Shown here: positions 1 to 12,720 of the stretch, one piece after another
How positions within the stretch are numbered: the first letter of the stretch is position 1
Layout of the letters: every line of letters begins with the position of its first letter
Source of the DNA: Moniliella sp. 'wahieum'
Taxonomy: Eukaryota
DNA length: 64,000 nt
Assembly: GCA_003971905.1 (NCBI GenBank)
Contig: RSEE01000019.1
Span: forward strand, 248,001 to 312,000
Direction of reading: 5' to 3'
Program-made: the position numbers and the translations under genes
The notes under the pieces: model-generated
What the model was told of the DNA's origin: nothing
What the model saw: only the letters and a program-made list of their open reading frames with translations
Databases searched by the model: none

Positions 1-2
1 TG

Positions 3-305
3 GCAATCGGATGGCAGACAGCGTTTGCGTTCAACCCAGCCCGCGACTTTGGTCCTCGTGTGGCAATGTGGATTGTGGGCTACCCCAAGCACGTCCTTTG
101 GACTCGAGACGCATGGTACTGGATCTGGACCCCAATCATTGGTCCCTTGTCGGGTGGATTGTTTGGCGCTTTCATTTACGACGCTTTCATCTATACTGGT
201 TCCGAATCGTGGCTAAACGCTCCATGGTTTGGCCACAAACTTCCTGAGGTCGCTTCCGATTTTACCGACCCTGAGACGCAGCAGGGGTCTTCCATTCAGA
301 AGTAA
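3..305 (+). CDS. Aquaglyceroporin (MIP family), C-terminal part; 5' end outside window
   Basis: Frame from nt 3 reads AIGWQTAFAFNPARDFGPR...WYWIWTPIIGPLSGGLFGAFIYDAFIYTG. NPARD second motif is typical of glycerol facilitators. Stop TAA 303-305. Confidence 0.9.
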   Translation, partial: AIGWQTAFAFNPARDFGPRVAMWIVGYPKHVLWTRDAWYWIWTPIIGPLSGGLFGAFIYDAFIYTGSESWLNAPWFGHKLPEVASDFTDPETQQGSSIQK

Positions 306-939
306 GACCATCAGATATTGATCCTCGCACTAAAAAACGCACCATCAATACTATCTCGCGGGTATATTGCCCCTCTTTTTCGCGTCTCATCACACTCGTC
401 ACTTGAACATTCACTATCCTTCGCATGCACTCATATGATGCGCCGTCTCGAGCGGTGGGGCGCCCCCCCCATTCCATTGCCTACATCATATTTGTGTGTG
501 CTCGCTTTTTTGCATCCGCAACTTGGGGTATTGGTATGCCCTCTTTTGGGGGATTATACGAGGCTGTGTAGGTATAATCCCCTCTCCATATAGTCCTGTT
601 GCTCCTCTCCCTCTCATCGAAGAATTGTCGACCGTCCACACTTTTGAACAGCTGTTCTGGTAATTTTGCCCTTTTTGTATCTCATGGGCTCTGTTCAGCG
701 CTTGTTTTCGCTCCCCCCTTTGCCTCTTCCTGTCTCGTGCATGCCATGCCTTGCTTCTGGTCCAACGTCCCACACATTGAATCGTTTTAACGGAACTGTT
801 ATCGGTAATCATTTTTTTTCCGCGTTAATAGCTCGTGACCTACGCCTGCTGATGTGACCCGATTCCAGTTGTCTCTGTTCCGGTCGCTTATGTGTCAGAC
901 TCCCCATCTTCTTTTTTGTGTGGCATATATTGCACCCGC

Positions 940-1480
940 ACCCAGTCCACCTTTTTGGTGCATTGCATTATGAGGCGGTGCGGGAGCCTATTCTACCAAC
1001 CGTGCCCTCCATCCCTGACACCCACGTCCACAACGAGCCAACTGGGGGAAAAGGAGAAGGGATAAGAGGTGGGAGCAACGAAGGCGATGCCTGTGACTGC
1101 CGAGTGATGGGGCCGGGAGCATTCATGGTAAGAGGATCAGGAATGGAGGTGGACGGCACGTGCAGGACTCGGGAAGACTGGTGTCGATGTTTGCGTACCG
1201 GATGGTGGTACATCAGAGCACTGCGACCCTTTGAAACACCCTAGAAGGAGCTGCTTCGGCTGTTGGAACAAGCAGAAAATGAGACAAGAATGCCAAGGAC
1301 CAGCACGGACGCACCCAAGGATAACACTTCTTCACTCAGGTGATGACGATGTGACCTCACGAGGATATGCTATGCCACCAAGACAGCGAGCAAGAAGTTT
1401 GGACGCTGGAAAGAATAAAGGCTTTTCATTTAGAAGTGCTTTCCCTTTTGGAGAACGAGGATCTACTCACTGTGTTTATC
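940..1480 (+). mobile_element. Decayed fragment of CRE/SLACS-type non-LTR retrotransposon (RLE endonuclease region)
   Basis: FGALHYEAVREPIL..SIPDTHVHNEP and MGPGA..GMEVD match the better-preserved copy at 26378-27260 (FGALHEAVREPILQLLRSIPDTHVHNEP, MGPGALGGTGMEVD); multiple stops and indels. Confidence 0.75.
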
Positions 1481-1489
1481 GAGCTTGAA

Positions 1490-2300
1490 CACTACTGACG
1501 GATCAGAACGGGGCGAGAGGCGAGGTGAGGCCTTTCAGTTGGGGCGTCGGCTCCCGTGGCAACGTTGTGTATGCACCGGAAAGAGCAGCAAGAGCGTATC
1601 CGTAGGCACAGAACCTTTTGAAAGGTTTTGGCCGGAAGGCAGTGATATACAGACAAAGAGACAGGGTCGGAGAGGTCCTGTCACGGACAATTTAACTTTT
1701 GTAGAGAATCGCAGCGGGATCCGTACTACAGACTCGGACACTGAAAGTTGGAGGGAGTGGATGGACAGCAAAGAATGTCTAGACGATAGGATTCCGAAAT
1801 AGGAAGAGGCAGTCGCTGAATCAACTCGGCAGTGGGACTGCTGGTGAGCTAGGGAGAGTAACGTGGGTGTTGTCTGGTGGGTCAACTAAGGATGGATTCT
1901 CACGGATATGGTGTTACAAATTGACCCGCTGATAGGAGAATGAACGCAGAACAGAGGGTATACAGACAGGAACTTTAAGGAAGCAAATACTACAACGTAC
2001 TACATGAAGGAATCAATAAAGGCAAAAATGTGGTTCTCAAATGAAGGAGCACACATCAAGTGGTAGGGATAGGTTCTCCCATGCTCGGTTGGGAACAGGA
2101 ACGGAGAGTCAAACACGAGGAAGGCTCCAAGTAATGGGCAGATTCTACATCCCCAGCAACAACGACAAGGAATAAGGGGTTAGTCTCACAGCGAGAACGA
2201 GACCCCTTGATCAGGAAGCTGACACAGGTCTCAAGGGATCTCAACTTAGAGCTCATTTGAGTTCAAAAGACCCACCAAAAAGTTTTACAGTAGAATAAAA
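1490..2300 (-). mobile_element. Possible highly decayed Ty3/gypsy integrase relic
   Basis: Minus-strand fragments NHIFAFIDSF.YVVVF and LSLAHQQSHCRV weakly resemble integrase core motifs; heavily interrupted. Confidence 0.3.
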
Positions 2301-4086
2301 TCAGTAGTATAAGGACTCAAAGCTCACACGTACGAATCTCCTCAGCCGTACGGAAGGGACTCGATCTTGGTTGCACGGGCTGAAGGAAGCATGCTCTGTT
2401 TAGGGGTACAGGAGTAGATGGGTTGCTCGATGATCTAGCCTGCAATGATAGCCCGTAACACCCTCACTCTTTCCATGGCCGAGCTGATTGGTTTTGCAGA
2501 TTCGCCCCGGATGAGAGTCGCCCATGATCACGAGAGCCTCCCTCCTTCCTTGAGAGCTGAGGGCCCCATTCGAGCGTCGAGGGTGGGTCTCGCATTCGAG
2601 TGTTGGTCTCGTAGTGGAGCGGCGGAGTTGAGTTTCAGTGTGAGTTCTTCTACACCATAACGACTTTCACATCCGCACTATTCTGATGATGAGATCTGAG
2701 AGGACACAGTATAATATACCTCCAAGATGGCGAGCAAATGTTTGGGCACTGTATGTGGAAGAGGTAAGTGATGAGAGTCTCAATTGAGATGGTTCACCGC
2801 CCAGATTCCTTCCACGCTCCTTCGTCCCTTGCTCATGGGTCCACTCACACCACTGGCTGCTCGTGTGGCATGCACGATCCACACAGCGCATCAAGATCTA
2901 TACTGAGATTTTGTGCAATCGGAATCTCTGTGAGACTGTGGACAGCCCCGTTGCTGTCTTCGTTTCCCATTCTTACTCACTTTCGAAGCACCCACTGGCA
3001 GGCACTCTCCTTCGAGCGTGTAGCACTGTGCTCCCCCATCAAAGGGGACTTCACCAAAAGGCATAAGATGCTTGACGCACAAAACGCCCGACGGGTGACA
3101 CGAGACGGGATGTGGGTATATATAGTAGAGGTGCACCTGTCACGTATACCTTACTTGCTGTGACAGCCCTTTGGGGCCCCAAATGCCACTTATGCGCACG
3201 AGAGGGGATCAATGGTGAAGAATACAGAACATTCCTGCGCATGATATGGTGTTTCGCTGCTCTCATTTGCACGGCTGCCACTCACATATGTCTGCGTGAA
3301 CATCAAGATTGGGCTACTGATGAATTGGCCCGATATCTCTCTCTTCCGTGGAGTGTTTGAATAAGTTTTGAGCCTGCCTGAGCATCGTATGGGTATAGGG
3401 CGTGGCAGCTGGTCCCGGGCCGTTTCTGTTCGCACTCGAGGCTATTTTGGTCCCATAATGTCCCGCCAGTCGGACACACCTGTCAGCTCCATTTTCCGAT
3501 AGAAATAATTGTAAGCTGTAACTTACATGCTCTGTTAAAAGCACAAATTGGAGAGAATGAATGAGGACGGCCAAGTCCCCGCCGCTTCTTCCCCTCTGCC
3601 TTGCTCGCCTCCCATAATTAAGCACAGAGGGCTTCCCCTCGCAGCAGGCTCCTCCATCGCACACACACTCTATCCCCCCATTTGGCCTCAGGATTGCATC
3701 CGGTGTTCGTACTATTAACCACACTGGCCCTTCTGAAGACGTTCTGATGGGCGACTCTGCCCCTACCTCTCGCTTCTGGGAACGCGAGCCTCAGTAGCCT
3801 CGGCAGTCTATATAACCGGAGGTGCTTTATAGTAGCTAATCGATAGCTTCTTTTAAACCATGTCGTGGGCAGTCACTATCACAATCTCCGATCTAAAAAA
3901 TGTCCAATTTTCATATCTGCGTTTGATCTTCGAATTTCAACATTCATCCTCCTACCACACGTGTTCGCTAAAGCACCCAGCGGCGGCCATCATCGACAAG
4001 ACCAACTGCCCCTGCCTCCCTTTCCCTTAAACGCATTGCCTCGCCTGCGCACAGCCCCCCTCGTTCATTCTTATCTCTGTCGCAGC

Positions 4087-4958
4087 ATGAGCCTCAAGAC
4101 CAACGGAACCCCCTCCAGCGGACGCGTGGTGGAGAGCGTATCAATCGACAAGTGGGTGCCGATGAGGGGCGATGCGGCCCAGCCCTACGTGGCCTATGTC
4201 CTCGCCATCCGCATCCCACCCGTCCAGAAGTGGACTGTCAAGCGGCGCTACAATGACTTTCTTCAGCTTTCCACAGCATTGACTGCCGCTCCACCTCAGG
4301 GTGCTGGTCGCGCCCCACCATCGGAACTGCCGCCCAAGCGGGCGTTCCAAACCGGCTGGCGGCAAACGTTCTCCTTTGGCGCTGCAGCCCGAGAACACGC
4401 CCATCAGCTGGCAGATGAACGTTTGCCCCTCCTCCAGGACTGGGTTCAGGCCATAATTCAACACGCTGATCCGATCTGGCGCTCCTCCCGCGCCTTCCGC
4501 GCCTTCCTCGCCCTCCCAGACGACGCTCAGTTTAATATGGTACCTTCTAAGCCACGTGGTGCGGCCGACGCAGCTGGTGGCAGCGCGACACGCACTCCGG
4601 CACCCATGCCGGGGGGATGGACGGGGCCCAGCGTACGCCGTTTAGGTGCAGCCGCCTTGGCTCCTCCCGCCGCGCCGCGCCCCCACCCCCAGCAAATGAG
4701 ACCTCTCTTACCCGCGGCTTGGGTGACGATGAGCTTTTGAAGAGCCAGAACGACGTGATGGAGCGGCAGGACGACCAACTTCGTAACCTTGCCGCCACCA
4801 TCCGGCGTCAGCGCGAGTTGGGCCTGACGATCAACCAAGAGTTGCGCGAGCAGACAGAGATGCTGGGCCAAATGGACCGCGAGCTGGATGGGGTCCAGGA
4901 CAAGATGACATCCAGTAACAAACTCATGCGCCGTCTTGATAACGATCGACCTTACTAG
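4087..4958 (+). CDS. VAM7: PX-domain + Qc-SNARE vacuolar protein (Vam7-like); one frameshift near 4680
   Basis: PX motif WTVKRRYNDFLQL...LPPK; second frame gives SNARE helix QNDVMERQDDQLRNLAATIRRQRELGLTINQELREQTEMLGQMDRELD; no TM anchor. Confidence 0.85.
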
Positions 4959-5620
4959 GACCCTCCCCACTTTTTCTGTTTACCCCCCCCTCACTCATTT
5001 GGGCTTATTTTCCTTCCGTTTTTGCATCGTATACCATTCGGTCCTCTGCCATAACCGTCCCTGACGTAGTGAACATGCCTCACGTTTTAACTTCTCCAAT
5101 CAACAAAGCATGTTAGCTGTGCCCGTGTTTCAATAACGTGGTACCTCGACTTCCCCGCAATCCGTTTCGGCCAGAGACGGCGGGACGTCATTCAGATTCG
5201 CTCAACTCGTGCCTTCCTGTGACAGTGCCTTCCTGTGACATGTTGGGCTGGTACGCGACGCCCTGGGGAATCATACATCCTTCGCTGGCGCTTCACTATT
5301 ACCTTCATTTACATGATCTGTAGTTTTCCATTGGGCCACCAGAGGCAGCAGGTCCTAGCTAAGAACAGGCTGGCACACCTTAGGCCCATAGCGTTTTTTA
5401 TCGAGAGTGGGAACGAGGCGGGCAGTCTGTCCAGCGTACATTGGCAGAACACGAAGTGCTGCGAGCCTATCCCAGCCAACCAACTACGACTAACACGAAA
5501 CGGACAAGACATGTGAAGAACAGCCAGAGGCCGGAGTTCGGGTTGAAGGTTTACAACGTCCAGGGAATCACGAGACAGCTGTCATGGTAGTTCAGGCTCC
5601 GATCGAAGTGGGAGCTAGAA

Positions 5621-6070
5621 TTAAGCCGAGTGCTTCGAGATGGCGGCGTTGAGCTTGGGCGGGGCAGCGCCGATCACCTCGTCGATCTTCTGGCCGTCCT
5701 TGTAGAAGATGAACGTTGGCATCGCCGTCACACCGGCCGTGGCAGCAATCTGCGGCTGCTCGTCCACGTCGACCTTGTAGAACTCAAGCTTGTCGGCGGG
5801 CGTCGAGCCCTGCAGCTTCTCGAAGATGGGCGAGATCATCTTGCATGGCCCACACCAAGTAGCCCCTAGACAGAAAATGAAACGGAAGTCAGTACGTGCG
5901 GGCCATGATCGCGAACCGGATGAGGGACTCGAGCGAGGATAAGAACAAGCCACGCCCACATCCAGCGATCCTACTTGATGGGATGAACACTCACAGAAGT
6001 CAATCACAACGGTCTTGCCGCTGTTGATGATGGTCTGGAACGACTCGAAGGACTCAATAGCCTGCACCAT
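5621..6070 (-). CDS. TRX1: Thioredoxin; exons 6070-5995 and 5865-5621, intron 5866-5994
   Basis: VVIDFW-ATWCGPCKMISP active site restored by splicing GTGAGT...CTGAC...TAG; MPTF motif. Confidence 0.95.
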   Translation of the reverse strand: MVQAIESFESFQTIINSGKTVVIDFCECSSHQVGSLDVGVACSYPRSSPSSGSRSWPARTDFRFIFCLGATWCGPCKMISPIFEKLQGSTPADKLEFYKVDVDEQPQIAATAGVTAMPTFIFYKDGQKIDEVIGAAPPKLNAAISKHSA

Positions 6071-6715
6071 GATGAAGGGGAAGCAGCTGAAGCAGAGGAA
6101 GGTGGTGGGAGAGGAGCACGTGGGGGGGCAGCGACAGAGACCTTAAGTAGCAGCCGGCGGCCGTGCGGGCCTCCGACCAGCTTCCCCGTTCTTAGAACAG
6201 GGGCAGTGTGTCTGCAATGACGCCATGATCGATGATGGACGATGCATGATGGCTCTCGTAAAGGCCGAACACTGCCCTCTTCCAGCCTGCGGCCTTCCCC
6301 AAAGGGTTTAAAGCGCAGCAGGCCGGTGGGCAGATGATTACCTAATCCTTCCAACTCGCTTCGTTGTGCTTCGACTTGATCGGATTGGATGTGGCAGTGG
6401 GATGGGCGCCGCCTCCGCTACGAACTAGCCGCAGCACCACGACCCCCCCATCAAATGGCCATCCGCTTGAAGCTTGAGCTTAGTCGTTAAATTTAACGAA
6501 TAGAGCGGCCTTGGGACTCAGGCTGAGCGCTCCTCTCCTCGCGAACATTGGCCAAGGTTGGTTGCCGGTGGGGCCTTAGGTCTTGGGCCTTAAGCTTCAA
6601 GGGGCATTGCAACGAGCACATGAATGGGAAGGAAAAGGATAGGCACTGTTGGGACCATGATCTGTGCGCACAGAACCACCCGTAGAATCACTGATTTTGC
6701 ATCAACGTTCAACCT

Positions 6716-6815
6716 ACACATCATGCATCATGTATCTCACCTGTCACTGGGACTGGTCCATCCGCATCATGCATCATGCATCATGCATCATGCATCATAT
6801 TGCACACCATGCATG
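6716..6815. repeat. (ATGCATC)n 7-bp tandem/palindromic tract
   Basis: ATGCAT at 6769, 6776, 6783, 6790 (period 7) plus nearby degenerate copies. Confidence 0.9.
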
Positions 6816-7150
6816 AGATACGAGGCCCATGTGAATGTGATACATGATGTTCGGTCGGAGCCTCCAACTTGGCAAGCAACAAGCCCGGCTGTGAGTGGGA
6901 AAAGTCCCATCAGGCCTGCCTTTGCCTTCTTAGCTGCTCCAAGGAGACATCCCCGTCGACATTGCACATTCATTGGGGCTTCTCACTTCATCCTATGGGC
7001 CACCGACTATTGTATGTCACCGCATTCGATGAGCATATGCACTGTGTGTATTGTCAAAAGATAGATAGATCGTGGCATGGGGCGTGGGGCGTTGTGGGGC
7101 CTACAGAGAAGAATATGGGGCAGTTCCAGATGAAGCCAGACACTCCCAGT

Positions 7151-8145
7151 TCACAGCTTGGCCTTGGCCAGCGGGTCCTTGCGGGAGATCTTGGCTTTGA
7201 TCAGGCCCGAAGGGTGTTGCTGGGAGGAAGACCTCGGCGTCCTTCTCGTTGGTGTTGGACAGCCCCTTAAAGGAGAGGTCGACAGGAACATAGTGCTTGT
7301 TCGGCAGCGCATACTCCACATCCTCGAGCCACTTGTGCGCGCCGGTCGAGAAGAAAGGCTTGGAGTCGTTGAGAATGTCAGAGGCCATTGTGAACTGGTA
7401 GCCTGCACCGAGGCCGAGTCATCTGTAGCAAACACGCGGATCGTGTGTGCCTTGGCCGCATCCGCAATCGCATCAAAGTCCGTTAGGCCATCCTTGGCAG
7501 CCAAGAGCTGCGGCAGAGGGGTGGCCGGGACGTTGAAGGAATAGGTCAAGTCGATAGCGGTAGAAAAGATACGATCGTTCACCGGCACCAGAGTGGTGAA
7601 TTCGTCCTTGTAGAAGCCATGGAAGGCCGAGCCGGACGACTTAAGGACCAGCAGGTCCTTCAATCCACCCTCCAGTTTGCTCACCACAGGCGCCCCCGTC
7701 GCACCCCGCCGGGCTTCGAGGTAAACCGTGCGCACCTCATTCCATCCCGAACAAAAGAGTGCTTGTGCGGGCCATCCTCAAGCACAATCCGGGTCCACTT
7801 GAGCTTTTGAATCGTCACATCCACCCCGGTCAGGTGGTCGTACTTGCCCAAGAAGTGGGACGCCGCCGAGAGAGCAAAGCGCTCGGGCACAAGGACGTCC
7901 CCAGGCGCCAGCGTTTTAGCAAGAACGTTGAGCGTGTTCTTGACAGAGTCGGTGGCCACAACCAGAGAGTTGTCGGCGTGCGTGTAGGACTGAGCCAACT
8001 TGTTCTCCTTGGCCACCGGGCCGCGCAACAGGCAACGGACAATGTATTCGACAATCTGGTGCTTGCTCTTGTCCTGAGGGTCGCGCACAACACGGAGGAT
8101 GCGGACGAGGTCCTTGCCGTAGCTGTAGTCGTAGAGGTGGACCAT
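7151..8145 (-). CDS. Urate oxidase (uricase), peroxisomal; 2-3 frameshifts
   Basis: YGKDLVR, YTHADNSLVVATDSVKN, LLVLKSSGSAFHGF..DEFTTL..DRIFST, SASVQAT, YALPNKHY; C-terminal AKL (PTS1). Confidence 0.95.
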
Positions 8146-8999
8146 TGTCGTAGGAGTAGTAAAGTGTTGAATGCGAATGGGGGAAGGCGAGGGGATGGGA
8201 TGAGGGCCGCAACGTTCGGCGGCATCGGAACTTAAATACGTCAGGACAAGCAGAGGGGCCGGCGCATCTCTCACCTAGATAACAACGTGACACTGCGCTG
8301 GTGCACAGGTGAAATGTTGAACACTCGCCGGAAGATGCGCAACGCCTTCCGGTTCTCCGTCTTGAAGAAGCTCGAGGGGCCAATAGTAAAGGTCAGGTCA
8401 TTCGCGCCCAGCCGGTCTCTCCCGACATTCTTCTTCCGTTTTTCGGGTCAGCTTCCACAGGTTCAAGGTCCAAGTTGCTGGCCCACAGCTTCCTCCGACA
8501 GTGCCCCCCTCCACTCCGAGAGCTAGTGCGGCTCTCTGCGCCAGGGAACCGGACCAGGACCCGAGGCATCCGAAATCGTTGAATCATTTCACTGATACTA
8601 CAGACTCATCACAATTCAGGAAATCTGCACCTCTTCGTATCGTAATTTCCAAAGCATTGCATGAAAGGCCTAAGGAGGCGGAACCAAAAAGAATTGCCGC
8701 GCCGACTACACTGGCTTATCCGGTGTATGCTCTGCGACTTCGTATGTCAACTATACTCAATCCTCACGGTCAACCTATTCAAGAGAACTGTCCAGACATC
8801 AGCAGGTCAGGACTCTATGGCTCCCACTGTCATTAATCATTCACTCCCAATCCAAAACATGAGTAAGCGCAAGTAACGAACGTGACATGTGAGCGTCGGA
8901 GACGTCTGATCGAGCTGGGAACCATATCTCCCATGAGCGACTCTTCAATAAAAACACGCTTCCAGTGCTCAAACATCTTGTTGACTGTCTTTCTGTGGC

Positions 9000-10450
9000 A
9001 CATATAACTATAGTAATGCCCGCAAGTGGTCATGACCATCGGGGGGAAGATCGGCTCTATCGATAGTATAGAGTGCCTTCTTGATAATTGGGATTCTTGT
9101 TGCATTCTTCCACTTCAAAAGTAACAGAAGAACGGATGGAGGAACGGTAGTAGTGGCGAAACCGAGGAAGACTTGGACTTGAGGAAACGCTTCACCGTTG
9201 GCCATGACCTACTAAATCGACCCAACCTTGGACGGATCCATTGGGGCCCCGTTGGACATAATGACGCAGCCTACTACTAGGTACTCCGGATGAGGGATGT
9301 GTCAGACTGGCATTTGTCGAGGTTGAGGTAGAACTTTTGGCCCGCTGTGCAGGCCCCTCACACCACCTCCGCAATCTGGTACTGGCTCCCTTTGTCGTTG
9401 GTCGGAAAGTGTACATGCGTCAAGTTATGCAAACACTGAAGCGTCGGGGAGGTAGCAGAGGAGGACGTTCATCATGCCTTGGAAAGTGGCGGGGCATTGA
9501 AAACAGGCTAAATGGCAACCAGTGACTCAAAATGCTCGGTCCGTGGGTGAGAGGAAGACAGTCTTACATCCGTCGCCTTCTTCGATCACTAACAAGTTGT
9601 AAATCCCCCACGGAGGTTGGATTTCGTGGATTAAGATGCGCCCCCCCGAGAGGCGGTCGTGCGAGTCACTAATCTGTAGAAATGCCAACTCGTTCTTGAT
9701 GCTCAACGAGTTGAACAGCGTCCCACATAGTCCAACAACACAGGCTCGACGAGCCGTCCTTCTTCTTGACACACAGGACGCCCGCCGTACTGAAAGGAGA
9801 CTTGGATATTGACCGGATGAAATCTGAAGCTGTATTACCCTCGAGAGCCATTGGCCACGGCCTGCATTTTGCGCCCGCCAATAAGAGGCATACTAGACTA
9901 GTGAGCGTGTGGGGTTGGTGCCGGGGACAAGACTGATGGTGTTGTCGGCAGCACGATAGGAGGGGAACGCCTTGGCCTCCGACTTTGAGAAGGTGCGTAA
10001 GGAGAGGTAACGAGAGGGGGAAAGTCTGGCGTACGTACTGGAGTACTTATAGGCGTATCAATTTCGTTGGGAAACGTATGACCTCGGGACCAAGGGCAAC
10101 GGCGACAAACAGGATGGCCAACTGGTGCTCAACGGAGTAGGCCACAGCCTCGTATTCCCTTGCCATACCTAACTCAACCTTTTTCAGAGAGAGAAGGTCA
10201 ATAGGAGGTTCACATCAGTGAGAGGCAGGGACAAAGGGAGCCGAAGATCGCGTAAAGGAGAAAAGTTAGCGTGCTGCGAGACGAACAGCGGGGTGGAGGG
10301 GTGAAGGGGGAAGACAAGTGGTTGGCTGGGAGGGAGCTACAATGTGGAAAGTGGCCCTAACCCATAGGCGGACAGGGCATGGCGAAGCGAGGATGCCAGC
10401 ACAATAAGCGGGGCCTTTTTGGTATGGTGTCGCGAAGACGTGGTCATGTA
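9000..10450 (-). mobile_element. Decayed Ty3/gypsy LTR retrotransposon pol (RT/RNase H) relic
   Basis: FIRSISKSPFSTAGVLCVKKKDGS, NSLSIKN..DRLSGG..YNLLVIEEGDGCKTVF and VQVFLGFA correspond to chromovirus-type RT motifs; many stops. Confidence 0.8.
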
Positions 10451-10599
10451 TGACACATGGTGATCACGGCCCAGCAACGTATGGAAACGATGAATGTGAG
10501 AGGGGAAATATGTAATAGGGTTGTAAGGAGTTGGGCCGGAAGAGAGACCCCACTATGAGGGGATGATGGGTGGATGTGGAAATGTGGAAAAAAACCTCG

Positions 10600-11600
10600 G
10601 TCGACACCTCATGGGACCCGACCCCCAAAACAGAGCCCTAACACTCCTATGTCATCATACCCTAGGTGATGGAGGGCACCCGAAGACAATTAATCTGACG
10701 GAAAGGGCCAAGGACGACTGGGACCCACTGCCGTCCCAGACAGCATCAGCGACAGGAGCATGGAGAGGGAGGGGCGAGGTGGAGGTGGGGCACTCGCCAA
10801 TGTCTCTGCGTGCTTACATCTCGGATGACGTGGTCCCATCCCGGCTTGATCAATCGATCTCCCCCTCCAGCAGGAATATCTGACGATGGGTGCCGTTAAC
10901 CTCCGATACGAGGTCGAACATGTCCCTGCCGTCTCTGCAATAAAAGCATAGCAGTGAGGCGGCGTCAAATGTGGTTCGCCACACCAAGGAGTAGGTACCT
11001 GTCTCGATCATGTCTTATGACGCCGAGCCTGTGTTTCGTTTCTTATGCCACCGACTTTCCCTCGCTTACCTCCGCCGACGACGGAGACGATGACTGAAAG
11101 GGCTGGGCATTTTGTCATAGTTTAATTGGCTGATCTCGCACCCATTCCCACACTATTTCTTTGTCTCGAGCGTTTCGCTCTTTCCTTTTGTACTTCTGCT
11201 TCGCTCTCCATATATCGTCTGTTCTTGCTTCTGCCCGACAACCGATTGCTACATCCCAGACCTTTTGTCTGGACTCTGCTCTCCGATCGCGCACCCGACT
11301 GCGACTACCCCACGGTTACCCACACAGCGCTCATGTTGCGTAATATAATAGTACTCTTTCTATATCCGAATTTTGGAGATGAACGGGGGAGCCAAACGTC
11401 ATGTCGAGAATCGAACGCGAAATCAACTTAATCTGCTGAATGGAGCGGTTGAGCAAGCTTGTGGATGGGTGAGCAAAGGGGAGGTGGACGAAACGTTTGT
11501 CCCTGGAACCGATATCGACAACACAGCGTGCCGTGTTATTGGTCTTTTCGTTAATCAAAAAAATCCACCCGAGCTACGAGAGGGTGTTGTCTTTTATGGC
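10600..11600 (+). mobile_element. Decayed Ty1/copia RT/RNase H relic
   Basis: ADDGDDD.K (cf. ADxAGDxDDRKS), KRHVE..VSKGEVDETFVPG (cf. RNase H C-terminus), followed by PPT-like GAGAGGG-TGTT at about 11578-11588. Confidence 0.4.
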
Positions 11601-11859
11601 AGCCCTTACCGTTACCATCATTCACGCTCGCCACGTCTTCTAGGCTGGGCTCATCCAATACGATCTACGTTCGGGTTGGCCAGTGCATATTAGTTTGCCA
11701 TGAATTGCCGATGCGACCGCCTTCGAGCGTTTCTCCCCAGCTGTGAGAGATCTGACATGCTGAGCGCTGCTGACAGGAGAGGGCCATGTGTTGGACCAAA
11801 AGCTTTTTCACAAGCAACAGAGGGTAAACCGGTGGCCGGTGACTGGTGACCGGAGTCGC

Positions 11860-12720
11860 GCAGCGATGTCACATGTCACGTGTCACTGTGACGGGGTTTG
11901 CACACGCGACGGTCACCATCACATGTCGCATGCCACATGCACGGGCGGCATGCCACATGTCACCCATCCATGCCTGCATGTCATGCATCATGCATCATGC
12001 GCGTCACATGTCGGCCAAGGGTCAAGATAGTCACTCATGATGCACATGATGCATGATGCGTGCATGATGCATGAATGGAACACAGGGGCTCGGTCGTAAC
12101 CACGTCTGGATCAAGTACTCTTCGGTCTCAGGGCCTGACCGGCCTGAGCGCCTGAGCGCCTGAGCCGCTAATAAGCCTCAGCAGCCTGAGGCTGAGCAGG
12201 CTGAGAGCGCTCAGGCTGAGCGCTCAGGCTGGAACCGCGAGCCCAAGCTTCGAGCGGCAAGGACCGTGCGGCGTGCACTGTGGCTTGCACTCTTTCTGCG
12301 CCGCTAGGGCGAGTGCAAGGACTTCCACGGCGTCGTTGGGCGTTGCACTTCAGTATGAGGCCACAGTTGTGGTATGGCCTGGGATTCTTGGGGCTAGTTA
12401 GTTTGAGAGGATGGCGAGCTCAGACGCTAAGTAGCAACGTGTTGTAACGCGAGTACGCTAGTAACGCTCAACTAGCAAAGCAGTAAAGCGAGCAGCGAGC
12501 AACAGCTATGCCTAATCGACAATCGGTAATCATTAATCAATCTAACCATCAATCAGCCCAAGCCTGACGAGATCGCCGCCAGTGGCCGTTTGCCACCCGA
12601 TTGCATCTGCGCATGCGTGGGTGGGTCAGATTGGTCTCAGAAGTGAGATGCGAGGGGAGGAGCTTAGCGCTTAGTGTTTAAAGTTAACGTTTTAATGTTA
12701 GACGGTAGCACTACAGCGCT
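11860..12720. repeat. Mosaic of 7-bp-period palindromic blocks (ACATGT, ATGCAT, AGCGCT, ATTAAT, AACGTT) upstream of the C2H2 gene
   Basis: tcacatgtca, tcatgcatcatgcatca, ctgagcgctcag, tcattaatca, ttagcgctta directly visible. Confidence 0.8.

Noticed and set aside
2700..3800. Short ORFs or possible TE relic
   Set aside because: No recognisable motif or terminal structure.
7151..8145. Uricase and other genes as pseudogenes or programmed frameshifts
   Set aside because: All catalytic motifs and PTS1 are intact; breaks match the window-wide indel error pattern.
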